From the NCBI RefSeq assembly GCF_009914755.1, contig NC_060928.1: a stretch of DNA of 64,000 nt; one strand, 5' to 3'. Below are positions 55,480-64,000 of the stretch, one piece after another. Every line of letters begins with the position of its first letter. Position 1 is the stretch's first letter. This DNA comes from the human T2T-CHM13v2.0 reference genome, Homo sapiens. The notes beneath the pieces are model-generated. The model was not told where the DNA came from and ran no database searches. It worked only from the letters and a program-made list of their open reading frames with translations. The translations under genes were made by a program, and so were the position numbers.

Positions 55480-55944
55480 TTTATTTTATTTCTTTTGCCA
55501 AAATATGAATTACATATTGTTTCAGTGGACTTTTGCTGGGTTAATGTGTAAACTGAACAAATTTCAAACTCTCGATGGCATACAACATTCAAATTGTTGC
55601 TGTTTTTCCTTGTATTATGGCAGCAATTCAGGGTCTTTGTTGCTGGCCTGAATTCCACGAACATCCTTATATTAGGACCCAGGCTGAAGAATCTGCCCCT
55701 GTCTGTCAAAGGTAGACATACAAACTGATCCACAAAACCCATGTAAAGATTTGCTCAGAAGTGGTACATACCATATACAATCCCATTCCACTGACTATAG
55801 CAAGTCTCAAGAGCACAGCTGACAATAGAACCAGAATGAACCCTGCCCTGTGGAAAAGCGCAGCAAGCCACAGGACAGGAGCCGAAAGCATAAGACCCAT
55901 AGCAGGAAGGAAGTTGGTTCTTGGGAACAACACAGTTTGCCACA
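55480..55944 (-). mobile_element. Old MLT1 MaLR LTR
   Basis: aggacccaggctgaaga, tgctcagaagtgg, cattccactgac and ttgggaacaa..tgccaca. Confidence 0.6.
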
Positions 55945-56380
55945 AGTATTCGTTCTCTTCTGTTCTTTTCTGGCACATCGAATGTCATTATTGTCTTTGT
56001 ACTTCTACTATCATACACACATCATTTTAGTTTCCTCACCACTCTATTTCCTCCCCTGAGGACTTCCACTCAAGCTTCTTTCACAGACTGAATTGCTTTC
56101 TCCTCTTCTTCACCATCAAATCACTGCTGTCTTCCTGCAGACCATCCCTACCTCCAGGTCACTTCATCTCTTCCAGTCATATGTTTGAGAATTTACTTGC
56201 ATGTGGTGGCTATTACAATTAGTGAGTCATGATTATAATTCTGATTATAATGCATAATGATTATTCATTTAATGTTTTATTCCAAAAGTAGTTTCTAAAT
56301 TCCGTAGAGAAAGGAAAGCGGATGATTTTTCTGGTCATTGTATCTCTAAACAAAGTGTGGGTAAAATAGTAGCTCCATAA

Positions 56381-56733
<353 letters not shown>

Positions 56734-58504
56734 TGCAATATTTTTATTTCTTCTCATTTGTTATGATTGAGGAGATATATAACATGTTTATTTTATTCAT
56801 TACACTTATAACTTTAAATAACACAATTGAATCCATCTTTATTAATTTATTAACTGCATATCAGAAGCAAAATGTTTTATTCCTTATATAAAAATCAAAA
56901 TAAATTGTCCCCTTACACACGCTCTTCCAATTATCTTTCCAGATGTTTGTGGTCTGTTTTGTGATGTTTTTCTTAATGCATTTTGTTATTTTTATTACAT
57001 GGTCTTTTATTCAAGAACTTTGAAATCTACATCCTGTATTACACATATAATTACTAAATATTTTTGGGCTTAGTTCTTTGTTTACAAAGACTGGATACCT
57101 GCTGTTTGTCTTTTACAGCACATGTCCCTATTTGTGTCTTCTTTATTTTGGGGTATTTCTGGGTTAGTACTTAGTTGCAGTAATAAATAGAGCTTGTGGG
57201 AAGGGTATATATAGAATTCCTGAGTCCTCAAATTCACAAAAATGTCCTTGTATTAATTATACAATTGAATTATAACATCATTTGTGTAGAATGAAATTGA
57301 AGCATATTATCTTTCACCCAAATTATTGACACATGTATCTTTTTTTTAGTTGGTTGTTGTTAAAATGCTTTGTAACATTGGGGCTAATGCAGAGGTCTTT
57401 ATTTAAAATCCCAACCCTTCTAAAGTCTGCCTGGTTGCTATTGAGTAAATTCCTGGGACTCATATTTGACCCAAAGCCTCTCTTTCATGCCATATACGAG
57501 TTACAAATTATTTATAATTGCTCTTAGAAAAGCTCAAAATCTTCAACACAGCCTACACATGATCTGATCCCACTAGATTCTCCTGCTCAAATTTGCCATG
57601 AGCAAACATAAACATTTCTGTCCCTAGCTGCTTAAACAAGAGGAGATATATTACTTTTAACCAAAATATTTCTGTAACAAGGATACTGTTTTCATCAGAC
57701 CAAACTAAGGTCTAAGAAGTTCAATACGATAGAAAGTCCCTAAACTAATGATGCCTCATTTCTTACTACCACTCTTTCAACATTGGTCTGGGAACAACTG
57801 TCAGTGTCCAAGATAGAAAGGAAATCAAAGATTGTTGTTCTGCTGTTGAGGTGCCATGTGAATCAAATCCTAACCCCAGTGGCTCCAACTCATCTTTTTT
57901 ATGTGTTAATTTTATACTTTCTCTAAATCTAGAGGCTGACACTCAAAAATGCTCCTCTCTTTCTACCTATTGTGCTGTCCGGGATGTTGCTGACATCACT
58001 TCAGTAACTGGCAGGCAAAAAAGAAGCAGTAAAACTATCTACAGACTGGGTTTCACAGGGCTTCAGGAAGTTTGGGATTGGCTGCTAATGTTTCAGCATT
58101 AGTTAATGTCACCATTTGTAATGGGAACCAGAAGCATAGCAGGATTTTGAGTTGGCATGTATCATAAAAGAATAGAGAGGCTAGAAAAATGAAAATATAG
58201 TCCTGCTTCATAACATCTACTGAAATAATATCCCTCTATGCTTTCTTATTTTAAAGCAAATTTATTATTTACTCATATTCCTTTACTTATTTTTCTATAG
58301 TAATTGACAAAAATTTAGTTTTGTATTGTCACAGAAAAGGCGAGAATAAGTTAGTTTTTCCATCAATGGATGTAGGCTACTTTTAGCATTCCATTATAAC
58401 TTTAAATCTGGAAGAAAAAGTTGTTTCTCTGGGTACCAAAGTGCATTACTAAGGCTAAATCCCAGGTAGTATGGTGTCCTTGACATTCATTAACATGAAT
58501 ATTG

Positions 58505-58536
58505 TGTATGTATGTATATGTATATATACATGTTTT

Positions 58537-58572
<36 letters not shown>
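58505..58572. repeat. (TA)n(TG)n compound microsatellite
   Basis: Read directly. Confidence 0.9.
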
Positions 58573-58579
58573 CACCTGT

Positions 58580-59170
58580 GTGTTATCAATGCAAATAACT
58601 TTGTCAAATCACTATAAAAAAACTTGACTTAAAATGGCTAAAGTAAAGACACTTTTATCTCACAGAACCCACAGTCTGTAAGTAAGATAGGTCTAAGCTC
58701 TAGCTCCATTTATCTGATCTTCCAACTCCTTTTCCCTCATTGGTATGCACTTTGTTTCATTTTATTTCCTCAGACGACCTTTTCTCATGGTCATAAGATG
58801 GTTGTCAGTGGTAAACAAGGCAATGAGCTCCCTGGTTCATTTCCAGTACAAGTAAAAGAAAATTCTGTCCCAGAAACAATAGAATATAATATTCTTTCAT
58901 TCAGTCTCATTGGTCCAAATTAGGTGAAATACTAATATCATCAGAACTCATAACCATCATCAGAAAGTAATATACATTGATTGATGTAAGAAAAGATTCC
59001 CTAACCAATTTCTGACGAAAGAGCTAAGACATCTATGATTGATGTAAACTAATACAAGCCCACTCCTGGTGTTGGGTTAAGGATCAGCTTCTACTGAGTC
59101 ACATGGTCTACTTGGGAGCTGGTGGCTTCTGAAGAAAACTGGGATTTTAGGAAAGATTGGTCACCATAAA
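58580..59170 (-). mobile_element. MLT1K/L-like MaLR LTR
   Basis: ctctcatggtcataagatggttg-like core, tctcattggtccaaattaggtga and ctaatacaagcccactcctgg. Confidence 0.55.
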
Positions 59171-59274
59171 AACAATAGACAATCTCTTCTTAAAGAAAAA
59201 CCTATGTCTCATTTGAAAGAGTTCTGAGAACAGCCAGGTGAGAAGCAGATGAGAAGTTTATTTTCTAGTATCTT

Positions 59275-59480
59275 ATAGAATATTGGTTAGACTGTACCTA
59301 AGAAAGCCTCTGTAATGGCACAGCTCTGACTTCTAAACTTAAATCCATTTCTACTTGCTTGGTTGAGTTTGGCCACATTACTTTTCTGTAAAATGGGGAA
59401 ATGATATTACTTACCAAATAAGAATTTATTTTTCTTTCATTAATTACTTAAGTGAGATAATTCATGGCCCTGGCAATAAA
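59275..59480 (+). mobile_element. MIR fragment
   Basis: ctacttgct..tttggccacattact..ctgtaaaatggggaaatgat..taagtgagataat. Confidence 0.5.
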
Positions 59481-60072
59481 TGTTGACTTTATTTTTGCTA
59501 TTATTAATTTTTTCTTAAAATTTAGAAATGTCATTTGAATAAGTTGTTTCCTGATCACATTCCATTAAATTTCCTACAATGTTTTAACCAACTCCTTTGG
59601 TAGTTCAGCTCCTTCTTCATTTTAGGAAATTTTTTTTTTCTCTTTTATTTTAAATTTGAAATATTTTTTATGCTGTATTTGCACTACTCTCTTCTTCAGA
59701 GACATGATCATCTCTGTGTGTTGTATTCTACAATTTGATTTCCACATCTGTCATTTTGTTTCTAATCATTCATCTTTTTATTATTTTTGTTTGCATTACT
59801 TTGATTTTCTTAACCTTATTCTGCACATAACTGATTTGGTTTTGTGTGTGGTCAATTTTAATCCTCACTGTTTTTAATATGTTGTTTGATTGAGAGATGA
59901 TATTGTTTTGCTTTTTCATTTTTTTTTCCTGACAACTTCTTTTACATTTTCTTCTGTTGTTTTAGCACCTCACCATTGAAAACTCATTTCATTAAATTAA
60001 TGTTTTTTAAAATTATTATTTCTTGACATTGTTAAGAAGTTGGCTACACTTGTTTTGGATTTCGGTGGTTAA

Positions 60073-60388
<316 letters not shown>

Positions 60389-60739
60389 TTGTATTTGTTG
60401 TATGAAGCGCCTCTTTGTATTTATATACTGTTCTATATGCCTTATCAAATTAGTCTTACTTGTTTTCTCCTTGCATGTTTATCTTTGACTGATGAGAGTA
60501 TGGGTTTTTTGGTTTCTAGTTAGTGTGAGTGAATTATCTATGACCTTGTTTAGGTGGATGAATTTTAAAATCTGGTTTTGAATTGAACTTGAAAGCTTGA
60601 GGACCTGATGTACCTGGTTGTTATTTTTTTTTTCTTAATTCTGCACCAGGAAGTACCCTACCTAATTTGATGAGTATCTGTCTTGTTAACTTTTCATGTA
60701 ACACACAATTCACGATTAACCAGTCAGCTATGAGCACAT

Positions 60740-63103
60740 CTACGTGCACAAACTAGAAAACTTAGAGAAAATGGATAAATTCCTAGAAACTCACAAGTCC
60801 CCAAGATTGAACCAGGAAGAAATAGAAATTCTGAACAGACCGATAACATGTAATGAAATTGAATCAGTAATAATAATAAAAAATCACTACCAACAAAAAA
60901 GCCCAGAATGAGATAGATTCAGAGCAAAATTTTACTAGAGTTACAAAGAAGAGCTAGTACTAATCTTATGTAAACTATACCAAAAAATTGAAGAGGAGAG
61001 ATTCCTCCCTAACTCATTCTATGAAACCAGTATCACTCTGATAGCAAAATGAGACAAGGACACAGCCATAAAAGAAAACAACAGGCCAATATTCCTGATT
61101 AACATAGATACAAATATCCTCAAGGAAATACTAGCGAACTGAATCCAATAGCACATCAAAAACATAATGCATCATGATCAGGTGGGTTTTATACTAGGGA
61201 AGGAAGGATGGTTCAACATATGCAAATCAATAAATGTGAATCACCACATAAACAAAATGAAAAACAAAAAAAGTATAATCGTCTCAATAGATGCAAGAAA
61301 AGCATTCAATAAAATCTAACATCCCTTCATGATAAAACCCTTAACAAATTAGGCATTGAAAGAACATATCCCAAAATGATAAGCCATATATGTAGGACAA
61401 ACCCACAACCAACATCATACTGAATGGAGAAGAGTTGAAAGCTTTACCCCTAAGAACTGGAACAAGACAAGGATGTCCATTCTCACCACTCGTATTCAAC
61501 ATAGAAAATAGTACTGGAAGTCCTAACCAGAGCAATCAGGAAAGAGAAACAAATAAAAGGCATCCCAAATGGAAAGAGGAAGTCAAATTATCTCTATTTA
61601 CTGATAACATGATCTTATACCTGGAATACTCTAAAGACTCCTCCAAGAGATGTCCAGACTTAATAAGTGACTTCAGTAAAGTTTCAGGATACAAAATCAA
61701 TGTAAAAACATCAATAGCATTTCAATAAACTAATAATGTTCAAACAGAACCATGTCAAAAACTCAATCCCATTTACAATAACAAAAACAAAAAAAGGTTA
61801 GGAATACATTTAACTAAATATGTGAAAGATCTCTATAAAGGGAACTACAAAACACTTGTGAAAGAAATAATAGATAACACAAATAGAAAAACATCACATC
61901 TTAATGGATGGGAATTGTTAAAATGACCATACTTCTCAAAGCAGTATACAGATACATCACAATTCCTATCAAATTAGCAATGCCATTTTTCATAGAATTA
62001 GGAAAAAATATCCTAAAATTCATACGGAACCAAAAAAGAACTTGAATAGTCATAACCAAAGCAATTCTAAGCAAAAAGAAAAAACTAGAGGCATCAGATT
62101 TTCTGACCTCAGATTACACTACGAGGCTAGGGTAACTAAAAACAGCATGATACTGGTACAAAAATAGACACATAGATCAATGGAATAGATAATGCAGAAA
62201 TAAAGCTACATTCCTACAATGAACTGATCATCAACAAAGCTTAAAAATATATAAATATTGAAAATACAAAAATTGAAAAGGACATGCCATTTAATGAATT
62301 GTTCTGGGAAAATTGGATTGCCATATGTACAAGAATGAAAGTAATCTCACCATATACAAAATTAAATATTGAAACTATAAAAATCTCAGAAGAAAATCTA
62401 GGAAAAACTCTTGTGGACATCAGCCTACACAAAGAATTTATAACTAAGAACTCAAAAGCAAATGCAACAAAAATGAAAATAGACAAATGGAACTCAGTTA
62501 AATAAAAAGTTTCTGCACAGCAAAAGATATAATTAACAGAGTAAACAGACAGCCTACAAAATGGAAGAAAATATTTGCAAACTGTGCATCCCAAAAATAC
62601 CTAATATCCAGAATCCACAAGGAACTCAAAGAGCTCAACAAGAAAAAAACAAACCCATTAAAAGTGGGCAAAGGACATGAACAGACATTTCTTGGAAGAA
62701 GAAGACATATATGCAGCAAACACATGACAAAATGCTCCGCATGACTAATCATCAAAAAAATGCAAATTAAAACCACAGTGAGAATCATCTTACACCAGTC
62801 AGAATGGCTTTTATTAAAAAGTCAAAAAATAACAGCTGTTGGTGAGGATGCAGAGAAAAGGGAACACTTATGCTGTTGGTGGGAATGTAAAATAGTACAA
62901 CTCCTATTTGGAGATTTCTCAAAGAACTAAAAATGGAACTACCATTTGACCCACCAACACCATTACTAGGTATCTATCCAAAGGAAAATAAATTGTTAAA
63001 TCAAAAAGACAACTGTACTTGTATGTTTATTGCTGCACTTCTCACAGTAGCAAAGTCATGGACTCGATCTAAGTGTTCATCAACACATGATTAGATAAAG
63101 AAA

Positions 63104-63143
<40 letters not shown>

Positions 63144-63533
63144 TATATATATATGCCCTGGAATACTACTCAGCCATAAAAAAGAATGAAATCATGTATT
63201 TTGCAACATGAATGGAGCTGGAGGTCATCCTTCCAAGAAAAATAACTCAGAAACAGAGTCAAGTACCACATGTTCTCACTTATAAGTGGGAGCTAAACAG
63301 TGAGTACACATGGACACATAGTGGGAAATAACAGATATTGGGGACTTCAAGAGGGAGGTGGGTGGGAAGGAAGGTGGAGGGCTGACAAATTACTTACTGG
63401 GTCAATGTTCACTATTCAGGTGATAGGAACAGTAGAGGCTCAAACCTCACCATTATGCAATAGATTCACATAACAGACCTTCACAGGTACACCCTGCATG
63501 TATAAAAATAAAAAATTAAATAAAAACAATAAA
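60740..63533 (+). mobile_element. 5'-truncated L1PB-type LINE-1 (ORF2 RT to 3'UTR), decayed
   Basis: ORF2 fragments [19 protein letters not shown] and [11 protein letters not shown]. The L1PB-type 3'UTR aaacctcaccattatgcaata leads into an A-rich tail. Internal (TG)n at ~63106-63155. Confidence 0.9.
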
Positions 63534-63838
63534 TGCAAGAGCAAGAAATGGTGCAGTATAGAACTCCAAAAATTTATAACTCCACTAATACAACAGTTAG
63601 CCTATGAAAATTGTCACAGTCAACTTTGGGGAAACTACAGAATACAATAAATACCAAACAATAACCATGGTGTGCTTACTGCAGAAAAATGCTACTGAAT
63701 CTTGTTAAGAAAATTTTATTACATTATTTCTGACTTCCTAAAGAATTCCCCATTTCTCAGCTTAGATATGGGCAATTGAGCAGTGGCTCCGATTTCTGCT
63801 GTGGCTTCCTGGTGCCATAAATGTAAATAAAGATCTTG

Positions 63839-63862
63839 TCTCTCTCTCTCTCTGTATGTATG

Positions 63863-63914
<52 letters not shown>

Positions 63915-63963
63915 CTTACATACACATATAAATATATGTGTATATATTTTTATATATACATAT
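63839..63963. repeat. (CT)n(CA)n(TA)n compound microsatellite
   Basis: Read directly. Confidence 0.92.
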
Positions 63964-64000
63964 AACTCAGTCATTATAGTATAAACCTCTTGTTAATAGA

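Noticed and set aside
55403-56059. Cluster of overlapping 70-98 aa ORFs
   Set aside because: They lie over an old MLT1 LTR and contain no recognisable protein motif.

Overview
Primate (most likely human or other hominoid) AT-rich, repeat-dense intergenic or deep-intronic DNA, judged from AluJ/S/Y, L1PA3-like, LTR12, THE1 and MER11 content. I found no intact host protein-coding gene, RNA gene or CRISPR array. The long ORFs in the track are fragments of Alu, L1 or ERV sequence. The main structure is a near full-length but heavily decayed class I (ERV1) provirus at 2105-11057. It has paired LTR54-like LTRs, a GTGT target-site duplication, a degenerate Leu-tRNA PBS, a PPT and recognisable gag-pro-pol-env relics, with a THE1D LTR and two Alus nested in its integrase. 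Other notable rearrangements are a ~286-bp inverted self-copy inside an old L1MA (47410-47695 vs 48138-48422, ~94% identical by hand count), a twin-primed inverted L1, a MER6A carrying its captured V-SINE domain, a solo LTR12 and two local tandem duplications. All repeat family names come from recalled consensus sequences, not a database search. I see no convincing previously undescribed functional system, only interesting fossil and rearrangement structures.
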